Shown here: positions 55,298 through 64,000 of the stretch, piece after piece
Position numbering within the stretch: position 1 is the stretch's first letter
Layout: every line of letters starts with the position of its first letter
Assembly: GCA_965242705.1 (NCBI GenBank)
Contig: OZ251486.1
Span: 719,806 to 783,805, forward strand
Reading direction: 5' to 3'
DNA length: 64,000 bases
DNA from: Bryobacterales bacterium
GTDB taxonomy: Bacteria > Acidobacteriota > Terriglobia > Bryobacterales > UBA6623
Notes under the pieces: model-generated
Database searches by the model: none
Told to the model about the DNA's origin: nothing
Seen by the model: only the letters and a program-made list of their open reading frames with translations
Made by a program: the position numbers and the translations under genes

Positions 55298-55762
55298 TCA
55301 GCCCCTTTTCTTTTGCCGGATCAAGCCTTCGAGTTCTTTCAGGAATTCTTTTTCGTCCTGGAAGTCGCGGTACACCGAGGCGAAACGCACGTACGCCACC
55401 TTGTCGATCGCTTGCAGCCTGGCCATCAGCAGCTCGCCGATTTTCGCCGTGGGGCATTCGCGGTCCGGAGACTCCATCGCCATCGTCTCGGCGGCGTTGA
55501 CGATGCGCTGCAAGTCGCCCATGGAAATCGAGCGTTTCTCGACGGCCTTCAAGAGGCCGTTGAGCACTTTCTGCCTCTCGAATTTCTCGCGGCGGCCGTC
55601 TTTCTTGACGACCATGTATGGTATCTCGTCGGTCCGCTCATAGGTCGTAAAGCGGCGGTTGCAGTTGGGACAGTGGCGCCTGCGGCGAATCGCATTGCCC
55701 TCCTTGCTTTCGCGGGAGTCAATGACTTTATGATCGGGATAATCGCAGAACGGACAGGTCAC
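55298..55762 (-). CDS. nrdR: transcriptional repressor NrdR
   Basis: Zinc ribbon CPFC...CPNC plus an ATP-cone, 154 aa. The GTG start overlaps the upstream TGA. Confidence 0.92.
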   Translation of the reverse strand: MTCPFCDYPDHKVIDSRESKEGNAIRRRRHCPNCNRRFTTYERTDEIPYMVVKKDGRREKFERQKVLNGLLKAVEKRSISMGDLQRIVNAAETMAMESPDRECPTAKIGELLMARLQAIDKVAYVRFASVYRDFQDEKEFLKELEGLIRQKKRG

Positions 55763-56814
55763 GACACAGAGGAACGGGTCTCGTTCTCCGATTCTAGTTG
55801 ACGCAAAGCGCGCAGCGAAAGCCCTTGGCGCGCAAGCAGCGCGAGCGCCAGAGGCGCCGCCAGCATGAACGTCGTCAACCAGATCACGATCGCCGTAACC
55901 GCAGCCGGCTCTTCATCGACCCCGAACAGGCCGGTCAACGCCGCCACGGCGGCGACCTGAATGCCGCCGCCGATGCCGGGGGCCTGCACGACCGAACCGG
56001 CCATCAGCAGCCCCATGAACGCGGAAATCTGCAAGACGCCGAAAGAGCGGTCAGGCAGACAGCCGCGCAGCATGCAATCGAATGCCAGCCATATCACCAG
56101 CCACATCACGACGCTCGCCGCGAGTACTCGAGCGGCACTCGCAAAGCCGCGCAGCCCCTGCAACCCTTCGCCGAATCGAGCGAGCATGACGCCCAGTTTG
56201 TCCCGAAACTTCTCCGACAGCGGCTGCGCCAAGCGCAGCGCCCCAAGCCGAAACCGGTCGAAGAACGGCGGCAGAATGAAAAGAGCGGCGAATACCGCCG
56301 CGGACGCGCCAAGCATCGCCCGCCCCGCGCTCCGCGCCCACGCGGCAAGCTCCAGGTCGGCGGCCCGCTGCAGCGAAACGAAAGCGCTGCCGGCCAGAAC
56401 GAGAACGATCGACAGATCGAGGAACCGCTCTACGAACCAGATGGATATCTGCCCCGCGACCGGGACGCCGGTCCGCCGGGCAACGAGATAGGGCCGAACG
56501 AACTCGCCTGCCCGGCCAAGCAGGGCGACGGCGCCGAAACCGATCACGGTCGCGGAAAATACTTCCGCAAAGCGCGCGTTCCTCCGGATCGGACTCATCA
56601 GGCGCACCCAACGGGCCGCCCGCAGCGCATGCGCGGAAAACACGCAGCAGACGGAAGCCAGCAGCCAGCCCCATTGAAGCTGCCGGAAGCTTGCCGCGAA
56701 CGCGCCCCACTCGAAAGCCCGCCATTGGGGGCTGCGCATGACCGCCCAACAAACCGCCGCGGCCGCGGCAGCGGCCAAAATCCGGCCCTTCCAGCGGCTT
56801 TTGGGAGACGACAT
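55759..56814 (-). CDS. flippase-like (lysylphosphatidylglycerol synthase TM region / UPF0104) membrane protein
   Basis: About 8 TM segments in a 351-aa protein with the layout of the TIGR00374-type family. No catalytic domain is attached. Confidence 0.65.
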   Translation of the reverse strand: MSSPKSRWKGRILAAAAAAAVCWAVMRSPQWRAFEWGAFAASFRQLQWGWLLASVCCVFSAHALRAARWVRLMSPIRRNARFAEVFSATVIGFGAVALLGRAGEFVRPYLVARRTGVPVAGQISIWFVERFLDLSIVLVLAGSAFVSLQRAADLELAAWARSAGRAMLGASAAVFAALFILPPFFDRFRLGALRLAQPLSEKFRDKLGVMLARFGEGLQGLRGFASAARVLAASVVMWLVIWLAFDCMLRGCLPDRSFGVLQISAFMGLLMAGSVVQAPGIGGGIQVAAVAALTGLFGVDEEPAAVTAIVIWLTTFMLAAPLALALLARQGLSLRALRQLESENETRSSVS

Positions 56815-56958
56815 AGAGATGCCGCCGGCGCGCGTACCGACGGCTTGGCTTCAAAGTCAAGCATAGCGCCCATGCCGTGCTCACGGACATTTCCGACCGA
56901 ATCCGAAATTTTCCCGGTCCGCGTGTGAACTTTCCCACGTCGCCGCCGTTACTATTTC

Positions 56959-57633
56959 ATGGAAAGTGGTAGAACGATGGCTGTTGACGCAATGTCCGAA
57001 GTCTGGGGGAAATTGTGGGGCGCCGCGCCGCGGGCCGAGGGCTCCCAAGCGGCGTTGAAGCAACGCATGGAGCGCGACGCCCAATGGGTGGCCGAGTGCC
57101 TCGACGGAGACGACAGAGCCTGGGAACGCCTCGTCCGCGAGCACACCCGGTTGGTTTACGCGGCCTGCTACCGCTTTACCGGTGACGCCGAAACCGCCCG
57201 CGACCTGACCCAGGAAGTTTTTATCCGCGTGTTCCGCGGCCTCCACGCCTACGACCCGAAAGCCGGCGGGTTCCGCACGTGGCTGATGCGCCTGACGCGC
57301 AATCTGCTGATCGACGACTACCGCAGAAACAAGAAGCACCGCCTCGCCGACCCGCTCGAAGACAAGCCGGCAGTGCTCGAACAGCGATCGGGAATCGGCA
57401 GCCGGGCCGACAACACGCTGCGGGCGCGTGAAGCGAACGATCTGTTGCAGGCCGCGCTGTCGAAGTTGTCCCCCGACCTTCGCGAGGCGGTCATCCTGCG
57501 CGACATCCAGGAAATGGAATACCGCGAAATCGCGGCGACGCTCGGCGTTGCGGAAGGAACCGTGAAATCGCGCATCAGCAGAGGGCGCCGCGAGTTCGCC
57601 AGGCAACTGCGCGCGTTGGGGTACGAAGCATGA
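56959..57633 (+). CDS. ECF-type RNA polymerase sigma-70 factor
   Basis: Region 2 DLTQEVFIRVF...FRTWLMRLTRNLLIDDYRR and region 4 EMEYREIAATLGVAEGTVKSRISRGR. The start is uncertain. Confidence 0.88.
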   Translation: MESGRTMAVDAMSEVWGKLWGAAPRAEGSQAALKQRMERDAQWVAECLDGDDRAWERLVREHTRLVYAACYRFTGDAETARDLTQEVFIRVFRGLHAYDPKAGGFRTWLMRLTRNLLIDDYRRNKKHRLADPLEDKPAVLEQRSGIGSRADNTLRAREANDLLQAALSKLSPDLREAVILRDIQEMEYREIAATLGVAEGTVKSRISRGRREFARQLRALGYEA

Positions 57634-58211
57634 CCGGGGGCGCCGCAAAGTGCCGAGGCTGCGAAGCGCAGCTTTGCGCCTATATCGACGATGCGCTGAG
57701 CTTCGACGAGCGCCGCGCCGTCGAAGAGCACCTGCTGGAATGCCCCGCCTGCGCCGCCTTCCATGCCGATGCGGAAGCCGCCGCCCGGACGCTGCGCCGC
57801 GCCCCCGCGGTCGAGGCCCCCGCCTCGCTCGTCGCCGCCGTCATCCACGACACCATCGGATACGCCGGAAGCGCGCCGCTCGCCGCCGGCTCGCCGCAAG
57901 ACAACCGGGCGGCGAGGTTCTTCAGACCGCTGTTCGGCCCCATCCTGCAGCCGCGCTTCACCATGAGCATGGCCGCCGCGGCGCTGTCGTTTTCGATGTT
58001 GACCTTCCAGGCGCGCAACATCTGGCAGGGGCGGCAAGACGGCGAATTTTCCGCGGCCGCCGTTGCCGCAAGCATCGAGTCGAAAATCAAGGCCGTGAGC
58101 AACGACGCCGCCGAATTCTACGACGCCGTCCTGACGGTGTACAAGCTGCAAACCGACTTCATGGAACAACCCGGCCCAGAGCCGCAACAGGAGGGCGCCG
58201 ATGAGCGGTAG
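57630..58211 (+). CDS. anti-sigma factor (zf-HC2)
   Basis: CRGCEAQLCAYIDDAL...HLLECPACAAF putative zinc-finger motif. ATGA-type overlap with the sigma gene. Confidence 0.8.
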   Translation: MTGGAAKCRGCEAQLCAYIDDALSFDERRAVEEHLLECPACAAFHADAEAAARTLRRAPAVEAPASLVAAVIHDTIGYAGSAPLAAGSPQDNRAARFFRPLFGPILQPRFTMSMAAAALSFSMLTFQARNIWQGRQDGEFSAAAVAASIESKIKAVSNDAAEFYDAVLTVYKLQTDFMEQPGPEPQQEGADER

Positions 58212-58893
58212 CGCGGCGCCGGCGCTCCCCGAGTCGGGATTCTGCCGGCAATGCGGCGCCGCTCTGACCGCCGAAACCCGCCGAGTGCGGCAGGGCGTTC
58301 CCTACTGCCGCGATTGTTTCGCGAAATTGCCCGGCGCGGCCGGGTCCGCCGCGGCGCCATCCCGTCCCCCCGTCCTCGACGAGGCGCCTTCCGCCTTGCT
58401 GGCCTTTCTGCTCGGCATCGTCCCGGGACTGGGCGCGGTTTACAACGGCCAGTACGTCAAGGGACTCATCCACGTGCTGATGTTCGGCAGCCTGTTGACG
58501 GTAGTCGTCGAAGGAAAAGTCCAGGAACTGTACGGCTTGCTCGTGCCGTTGATGGTTTTTCTGATTTTGTATCAGCCGTTCGAAGCCGTGCGCACCGCCC
58601 GCACGCTCCAGCGCGGCGAGCCGGTCAGCGAGTTCTCCGGCGTCGTCGAATTGCTCTTCGGCGGCGCGCCGAGCATGGCCGGCAGCGTGGCCTGGATCGT
58701 CCTCGGCGTCGTTTTCCTGCTCCATGCGCTCGGCATCTGGGCGCTCGCCGAAGTACTGCCCTTCTGGCCGTTGCTGGTGATTGCCTTCGGCGCCTGGAGG
58801 CTGTTCCGCGCCGTACTTCCGAAACACCGCGCGCCGGACGAAGCGGCCGACCGGACCGCGCGCGCCTTGCCCCGCGGCGAACCGAGCGAATAG
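58201..58893 (+). CDS. zinc-ribbon membrane protein (4 predicted TM segments), third gene of the sigma/anti-sigma unit
   Basis: N-terminal CRQCG...CRDCF, then LGIVPGLGAVYNGQYVKG and further hydrophobic helices. It overlaps the anti-sigma gene by 11 nt. Confidence 0.65.
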   Translation: MSGSAAPALPESGFCRQCGAALTAETRRVRQGVPYCRDCFAKLPGAAGSAAAPSRPPVLDEAPSALLAFLLGIVPGLGAVYNGQYVKGLIHVLMFGSLLTVVVEGKVQELYGLLVPLMVFLILYQPFEAVRTARTLQRGEPVSEFSGVVELLFGGAPSMAGSVAWIVLGVVFLLHALGIWALAEVLPFWPLLVIAFGAWRLFRAVLPKHRAPDEAADRTARALPRGEPSE

Positions 58894-58945
58894 ACGCCGT
58901 CGGCCGTCAGTCCGCCGCATGTGCGCGCGCCGTTTCGCCGGCGAA

Positions 58946-59021
58946 TGGTGGGCCCTGTAGGATTCGAACCTACGACCGGCGGATTATGAGTCCGCAGCTC
59001 TAACCGCTGAGCTAAGGGCCC
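58946..59021 (-). tRNA. tRNA with CAT anticodon (Met, or Ile2 if lysidinylated)
   Basis: The reverse complement reads GGGCCCT-TA-GCTC-AGCGGTTA-GAGC-T-GCGGA-CTCATAA-TCCGC-CGGTC-GTAGG-TTCGAAT-CCTAC-AGGGCCC-A-CCA. Confidence 0.9.
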
Positions 59022-59120
59022 ACTATGGCCGTATCTACTATTCACTATCCATGATCGGCTACCATGAGGCAAGGCTCCGCGGCCGCGCGCCGGCCGGCGG
59101 CTCGACAAGGGGAAATTGAA

Positions 59121-59504
59121 ATGGCTTTCGGTTCGAGATACGCGGGCTTCGCGCACGCCGCGCTGCGCATCATGATGGGCTTCCTGCTCATCCCCCACGG
59201 CGCGCAGAAACTCTTCGGCGTCCTGGGCAAGGAAGCGAATTGGAGCTTCAGTCTCCACGCCCTGGCCGGCCCGATCGAGTTTTTCGGCGGCCTCTTGATC
59301 CTGATCGGCCTCTGGACCCGCCCCGCCTCTTTCATCTGCTCGGGCACGATGGCCGCCGCCTACTGGATGGCGCATGGACACCGCAGCTTCCTGCCCATCA
59401 TGAACAGAGGCGAGCTCGCCGTCATCTTCTGCTTCGTGCTGCTCTTTCTCTGGGCCAACGGCCCCGGCCCATTTTCCATCGACGGCAAAACCGGGCGCAA
59501 GTAG
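59121..59504 (+). CDS. DoxX family membrane protein
   Basis: LRIMMGFLLIPHGAQKLFG and further TM helices. I prefer the Met at 59121 to the track start at 59064. Confidence 0.75.
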   Translation: MAFGSRYAGFAHAALRIMMGFLLIPHGAQKLFGVLGKEANWSFSLHALAGPIEFFGGLLILIGLWTRPASFICSGTMAAAYWMAHGHRSFLPIMNRGELAVIFCFVLLFLWANGPGPFSIDGKTGRK

Positions 59505-59522
59505 GCGCGCGCGGGTTCCCCC

Positions 59523-60764
59523 ATGTCATCGCCCGCCCCCTTGTCCGCCGCCGACGCAACGGCGCACAATCTGCCCGACGCCCTCGGACGCTTCGGCGCA
59601 TACGGCGGCCGCTATGTGCCGGAAATCCTGACCGCGCCGCTCGACCGACTCGAGGCGCATTACCGCGAGAGCAGAAACAACCCGGCTTTCCATGCGGAAA
59701 TGGACGAGTTGCTGCGGCGGTTCGCCGGCCGGGCCACGCCGCTCTACTACGCCAAGCGCCTGAGCGAACATCTGGGCGGCGCCGAGATCTACCTCAAGCG
59801 CGAAGACCTGCTGCATACCGGGGCGCACAAGATCAACAACTGCCTCGGACAAGCCATCCTCGCCCGCCGCATGGGCAAAAGCCGCATCATCGCCGAAACC
59901 GGAGCCGGACAGCACGGCGTCGCCGCGGCGACGGTCTGCGCCCTGTTCGGCCTGCCCTGTACGGTTTACATGGGCGCGGAAGATATGCGCCGCCAAGCGC
60001 TCAATGTCTTTCGCATGCGGCTGCTGGGCGCCGAGGTGCGCGGCGTCGATACCGGCAGCCGCACGCTCAAGGACGCCATCTCCGAGGCCATGCGCGATTG
60101 GGCAGCCAATTTCGAGACGACTCATTACCTGCTCGGCTCGGCGCTGGGACCGCATCCCTACCCGATGATGGTGCGCGATTTTCAGTCCGTGATCGGCATC
60201 GAGGCGCGGCAGCAGTTCCTCGACGCCTCCAACGGCAAGCCGCCCCACCTGCTGATTGCCTGCGTCGGCGGAGGCAGCAACGCCATCGGCCTGTTCCATC
60301 CCTTCCTCGGCGATGCATCCGTGCGCATGGTCGGCGTCGAGGCCGGCGGCCGCGGCGCGGGACTGGGCGAACACGCCGCCCGTTTCTCCGGCGGCCTGCC
60401 GGGCGTGCTGCAGGGTACGCGCAGCTACGTCCTGCAGGACGACGACGGCCAAATCGCGCCCACGCATTCGGTTTCCGCTGGCCTCGATTACGCCTCGATA
60501 GGCCCCGAGCACGCTTGGCTGCGCGACCTGGGCCGCGTCGAATACACCTCTTGCAGCGACGGCGAAGCCATCGAAGCGGCGCAGACGCTGTCGCGGCTCG
60601 AAGGCATCATTCCCGCCCTCGAATCCGCCCACGCCGTCGCCGAGGCGATCAATCGCGCCCCCGGAGCCAAAGGGCAGGCGTTCATCGTCAATCTCTCCGG
60701 ACGCGGCGACAAAGACATCGGCATCTTCCGCGAGAACATGCCGGAACTCGACGCCGCGGACTGA
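59523..60764 (+). CDS. trpB: tryptophan synthase beta chain
   Basis: [19 protein letters not shown]-lysine motif, GGGSNAIG, 413 aa. No trpA is adjacent. Confidence 0.92.
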   Translation: MSSPAPLSAADATAHNLPDALGRFGAYGGRYVPEILTAPLDRLEAHYRESRNNPAFHAEMDELLRRFAGRATPLYYAKRLSEHLGGAEIYLKREDLLHTGAHKINNCLGQAILARRMGKSRIIAETGAGQHGVAAATVCALFGLPCTVYMGAEDMRRQALNVFRMRLLGAEVRGVDTGSRTLKDAISEAMRDWAANFETTHYLLGSALGPHPYPMMVRDFQSVIGIEARQQFLDASNGKPPHLLIACVGGGSNAIGLFHPFLGDASVRMVGVEAGGRGAGLGEHAARFSGGLPGVLQGTRSYVLQDDDGQIAPTHSVSAGLDYASIGPEHAWLRDLGRVEYTSCSDGEAIEAAQTLSRLEGIIPALESAHAVAEAINRAPGAKGQAFIVNLSGRGDKDIGIFRENMPELDAAD

Positions 60765-60827
60765 CGCCGCCGCCGACCCAAACCAAACGGCCGGCCAACC
60801 CGAATCGACTGTCCGCTCGAAGCCGGA

Positions 60828-62285
60828 TCACCGCCCGCCCGCGGCCGCGGCAAGCCGTTTGCGTCGTTCGAGCAGGCCGCGCTCGAAAAGCACCGGAAAC
60901 TTCGCGGCGGCGTCCGGCAAGAGAAACGCCTCGGGCAATCGCGCAAGCTGCGCCCGCAGCCGCGTGCGCGATTCCTCCAGAGGAACGGGCGGAGCCGCCG
61001 GAACCCCGCGGCGCAGCGCCGGCGCAAGCAGGTTTTCGTATGGCCGATCCGTATCGATGCGCTCGTCCGACGCGCCCGCTTCGGGGTCCGTTCCCCGCCA
61101 AGCGCCGCGGGGCGGCTGCAACTCGTCGTAGATCAGATCGAAATCCAGGCGCGTTCCGCGGAAGTACCGCCGGACTTGCAGCATTCCGGGGGGCGATTGC
61201 TTTGCGCCGTCCTCCGAACGCTTGACCCGTCCCCGCCACCCGCCGTCCTCGCCGCGCAGCGCGGAGAGCTTGTACACCCCGCCCAACGCGCCTTCGCCGC
61301 CGCCGCTCGCCAGGCGCGTGCCGACTCCCCATGTGTCGATGCGCGCGCCCCGCGACTTGAGCGCGGCGATGCGCCGCTCGTCCAGATCGTTCGAGGCGAC
61401 AACCGCCGCCTTGCCCAGGCCCGCCTCGTCCAGCAGGCGGCGGGCTTCAATCGAAAGCGCGGCCAGATCGCCCGAATCGAGACGAACGCCGACCAGATCA
61501 TGACCCCGCTCGCGAAGTTTTTTCGCCGCCGCAACCGCGTTTCTGAGTCCCTCGCGGGTATCGTAGGTATCCACCAGAAACACGCAGTTGTTGGGCATCG
61601 CGCGGGCGTAAGCGTCGAAGGCTTCCCGCTCGCTGTCGAAGGCCGTCACCCAACTGTGCGCGTGCGTGCCTCGAACGGGAATGCCGTAGAGCTTGCCGGC
61701 AACGACGTTCGAGGTCGCCGCGCAGCCGCCGATGTAGGCGGCCCGGCTCGCGCTCAACCCTCCGTCCAGTCCCTGCGCGCGCCGCAGGCCGAACTCCAGC
61801 ACCGGGTCGCCGTCCGCAGCCAGGCAAATCCTCGCGGCCTTCGTCGCAATCAGCGTCTGAAAGTTGACGATGTTGAGCCACGCCGTCTCGATCAATTGAC
61901 ATTGCAGCAGCGGCCCGCGCACGCGCGCCAGCGGCTCCTGGGCGAAGACGAGCGTTCCTTCCGCCGCGGCGTCGATATCGCAGCGAAACTCGAGCGCCGC
62001 CAGATAACGCAGGAATTCGCCGGAGAACAGCGGTTTGCCGTCCGTTCCCGTCAGCGCCGCCAGATATTCCCGGTCGTCGGCGCCGATGCGGAACTCGCGC
62101 AGCCACTCGACGGCCGCCGCCAATCCCGCGGCAACCGCAAACGCGCCGCCGAAGGGCGCCCGTCGAAAGTAGTGATGGAAAACGGCTTCCCGCTCGGCGA
62201 TCCCCTCGCGCCAATAGCCGTAGGCCATCGTCAGTTGATAGAGATCGGCGGCCAATGCGAGCGAGCGGCCGTATGGAGCGGGCAT
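60828..62285 (-). CDS. pncB: nicotinate phosphoribosyltransferase
   Basis: [16 protein letters not shown]-terminus and GVRLDSGD, 485 aa. Confidence 0.88.
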   Translation of the reverse strand: MPAPYGRSLALAADLYQLTMAYGYWREGIAEREAVFHHYFRRAPFGGAFAVAAGLAAAVEWLREFRIGADDREYLAALTGTDGKPLFSGEFLRYLAALEFRCDIDAAAEGTLVFAQEPLARVRGPLLQCQLIETAWLNIVNFQTLIATKAARICLAADGDPVLEFGLRRAQGLDGGLSASRAAYIGGCAATSNVVAGKLYGIPVRGTHAHSWVTAFDSEREAFDAYARAMPNNCVFLVDTYDTREGLRNAVAAAKKLRERGHDLVGVRLDSGDLAALSIEARRLLDEAGLGKAAVVASNDLDERRIAALKSRGARIDTWGVGTRLASGGGEGALGGVYKLSALRGEDGGWRGRVKRSEDGAKQSPPGMLQVRRYFRGTRLDFDLIYDELQPPRGAWRGTDPEAGASDERIDTDRPYENLLAPALRRGVPAAPPVPLEESRTRLRAQLARLPEAFLLPDAAAKFPVLFERGLLERRKRLAAAAGGR

Positions 62286-62297
62286 CTGCAGAGGAGG

Positions 62298-63065
62298 TCA
62301 GCCCCGGTTGCGTTCCCAGATCAAGCGCAACCCTTCCAGCGTCAGGTAATCGTCCACGACCTGGATGTATGCGGAAGCCGGAGCCAGCGTCTCCGCCTGA
62401 CCGCCCGTTGCGACGACGCGCACGCCCGGCCCCAACTGCGCGGTCATCTTTTCGAGAATGCCGTCGATCATGCCCAACATGCCGTAGTAAAGGCCGGATT
62501 GCAGCCCGGCTGCGGTATTCGAGCCGATCACGCCGTCGGGCTTGCGCAACTCGACTTGCGGCAGCCGCGCCGCGCGCCGAAACAGCGCCTCGGAAGAAAT
62601 GCCGATGCCCGGACAGATGGCGCCGCCCAGGTATTCCCGCCGCGCGGAAATGGCGTCCAGCGTGATCGCCGTACCGAAATCGACCGCGACGCAAGGGCAG
62701 CCGTATTTTTCCGCCGCGGCCGCGGCGTTCACGATGCGGTCCGCGCCCACTTCCTCCGGATAATCGACGTTGACGGCGATTCCCGTCGGCGTATTCGAGT
62801 CGACGTGCAGCGGGCGCAGTCCCAGATGGCGCGCGGCCATGCCTTCGACCGCGGCGCCCGCCTGGGGAACCACCGAGGCTGCGATCATGCCGTCCACCTT
62901 GGCTATGTCGAGCGAATCGAGCGCGAAAAGATTGCGAAAAAGCACGCCCCAGCCGTCGATGGTCTGGGCGGAATCCGTCTTGAGCCGCCAATCCGCCACC
63001 CGCTCGGCGCCGTCGAACAGCCCCAGCGTCAGATTCGTGTTGCCGATGTCAACCGCCAGCAGCAT
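62298..63065 (-). CDS. coaX: type III pantothenate kinase
   Basis: MLLAVDIGNTNLTLGLF and DFGTA motifs. An alternative start at 63086 is possible. Confidence 0.9.
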   Translation of the reverse strand: MLLAVDIGNTNLTLGLFDGAERVADWRLKTDSAQTIDGWGVLFRNLFALDSLDIAKVDGMIAASVVPQAGAAVEGMAARHLGLRPLHVDSNTPTGIAVNVDYPEEVGADRIVNAAAAAEKYGCPCVAVDFGTAITLDAISARREYLGGAICPGIGISSEALFRRAARLPQVELRKPDGVIGSNTAAGLQSGLYYGMLGMIDGILEKMTAQLGPGVRVVATGGQAETLAPASAYIQVVDDYLTLEGLRLIWERNRG

Positions 63066-63912
63066 CGCCCCGCCGTTCCGTTTCATCGAGACGCACGCTG
63101 CCGGCCAGTACCGGCTCGACCCGTCCGGCGTCGTCTCTCAACAAAAGCATACCGTTCGCGTCGAGTCCGGCGGTAACGCCGCGGCGGTCCGCCGCGCCGC
63201 CGCCGCTGCCGGTCACCGTCACCCGCCGGCCCGAAACGTAGCTCGAAGCCTTGACGAACGCTTCGAGTATGGGTTCTTTGCCCCGCTCCAGATAGATTTC
63301 GTAATAGTCGCGCAGCGCATCCAGCAGCGGCTGCAAAACGTCGCCGGCCTCGTAGCGGAGCCCCGTCTCCAGCAGCAGCGAAGTCGCCGAATCGGCCAGG
63401 TCGGCGCCGAACCGCCGGTAGTTCAAATTGAGTCCGATGCCGACGACGGCATGCGCAACGCGTTCTTCCTGCGTCTCCATTTCGACCAGGATGCCCGCGC
63501 ACTTCCGTCCGCGGATCATGATGTCGTTCGGCCAGCGGATATCGCAGTCGAGTCCCGTCAGGGCGTACACGGCCTCGGCGGCGCCCAGGCCGGCAACGAG
63601 CGTGAGCAGCGGAGCCGCTCCTGGAGCTGCATCCGGACGCAGCACGAGCGAAAGATATAGTCCGCCGCCCGGCTCGGACAACCAACGCCTGCCCAACCGT
63701 CCGCGCCCGGCCGTCTGCCGCGCGGCGGTCACCACCGTACCCTCGGGGCAGCCCCGCCGCGCAAGCTCCGCCGCCTCGCGCATCGTCGTGTCCGTAACCT
63801 CGAAATGGTAGGCCGGCTTGCCGAATCGGCGGCGCAACGGGAGCTTCCCTTGAAACAGCGCGCGCTCGACCCGCGCCGTCAATCTATTGTAAGGAGTTGC
63901 AGGAAGCTGCAA
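63049..63912 (-). CDS. birA: biotin-[acetyl-CoA-carboxylase] ligase
   Basis: TAGRGRLGRRWLSEPGGGLYLS signature. It overlaps coaX, a common birA-coaX arrangement. Confidence 0.88.
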   Translation of the reverse strand: MQLPATPYNRLTARVERALFQGKLPLRRRFGKPAYHFEVTDTTMREAAELARRGCPEGTVVTAARQTAGRGRLGRRWLSEPGGGLYLSLVLRPDAAPGAAPLLTLVAGLGAAEAVYALTGLDCDIRWPNDIMIRGRKCAGILVEMETQEERVAHAVVGIGLNLNYRRFGADLADSATSLLLETGLRYEAGDVLQPLLDALRDYYEIYLERGKEPILEAFVKASSYVSGRRVTVTGSGGGAADRRGVTAGLDANGMLLLRDDAGRVEPVLAGSVRLDETERRGDAAGG

Positions 63913-64000
63913 GGCGCGCCGTGACCGCGGAATTCATCGACCATCCGACCAACCGGGGGTTCGCCGTCCGCGGTATGCTCCACCCTCCCCGCGGCGGCGG

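Noticed and set aside
1-64000. CRISPR arrays, transposases/IS elements, integrases, prophage genes, rRNA, and selenium-utilisation genes (selA/selB/selD/tRNA-Sec).
   Set aside because: I looked for regularly spaced direct repeats, DDE/tyrosine-recombinase motifs and Sec-machinery signatures on both strands and found none in this window. Absence here says nothing about the rest of the genome.

Overview
This is a high-GC chromosomal segment. Sampled 60-nt lines run about 70% G+C, for example 43/60 at 16201-16260. I call about 60 protein genes, 2 tRNAs, no rRNA and no CRISPR array. The gene content points to an Acidobacteriota-like soil bacterium: a TonB-dependent receptor with a carboxypeptidase-regulatory N-terminus, a PSCyt/DUF1549/DUF1553 cytochrome-c protein, an acidobacterial-type VWA protein, and NHL and DUF1080 proteins. 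That assignment is inference only.

Main blocks, in order:
- A two-gene module ending in a selenoprotein candidate (9-1688).
- A translationally coupled partner-switching and two-component cluster (1732-7118).
- An outer-membrane porin, a hypothetical protein and an epimerase (7376-10636).
- PSCyt, DUF1080 and NHL genes (11493-16830).
- A low-GC type II restriction-modification islet abutting tRNA-Ser(GGA) (16917-19051).
- A second selenoprotein candidate (19152-20192).
- hemY-hemE.
- Hydantoinase, cyclase, M19 dipeptidase and TonB receptor genes.
- higBA with a degenerate inverted higA remnant.
- A protocatechuate branch operon, pcaDCHGB, followed by an FAH hydrolase and an acyl-CoA ligase.
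- A DASS transporter, a PQQ-like propeller protein and an ABC permease/ATPase pair with no binding protein.
- The conserved rpmH-rnpA-yidD-yidC-jag-mnmE cluster, then nrdR.
- An ECF sigma / anti-sigma / membrane protein triad.
- tRNA(CAT), trpB, pncB, coaX and birA.

The strongest non-routine signals are two places where a single in-frame TGA splits what reads as one gene exactly at a redox-motif position (A-D-U-G-S-C-T-T-C and W-U-P-F-C). Each is followed by a hairpin at SECIS distance, and an ORF caller would mis-split both. Other items worth a look:
- The R-M islet, whose methyltransferase carries an unexplained 140-aa tail.
- A 15-nt poly-G tract in a divergent promoter region.
- A triple 48-bp coding repeat at the N-terminus of the histidine kinase.
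- A pca operon lacking pcaIJF.

Everything here rests on reading the sequence and on recalled family motifs. No searches, folding or statistics were run. Start codons are often uncertain in this GC range.
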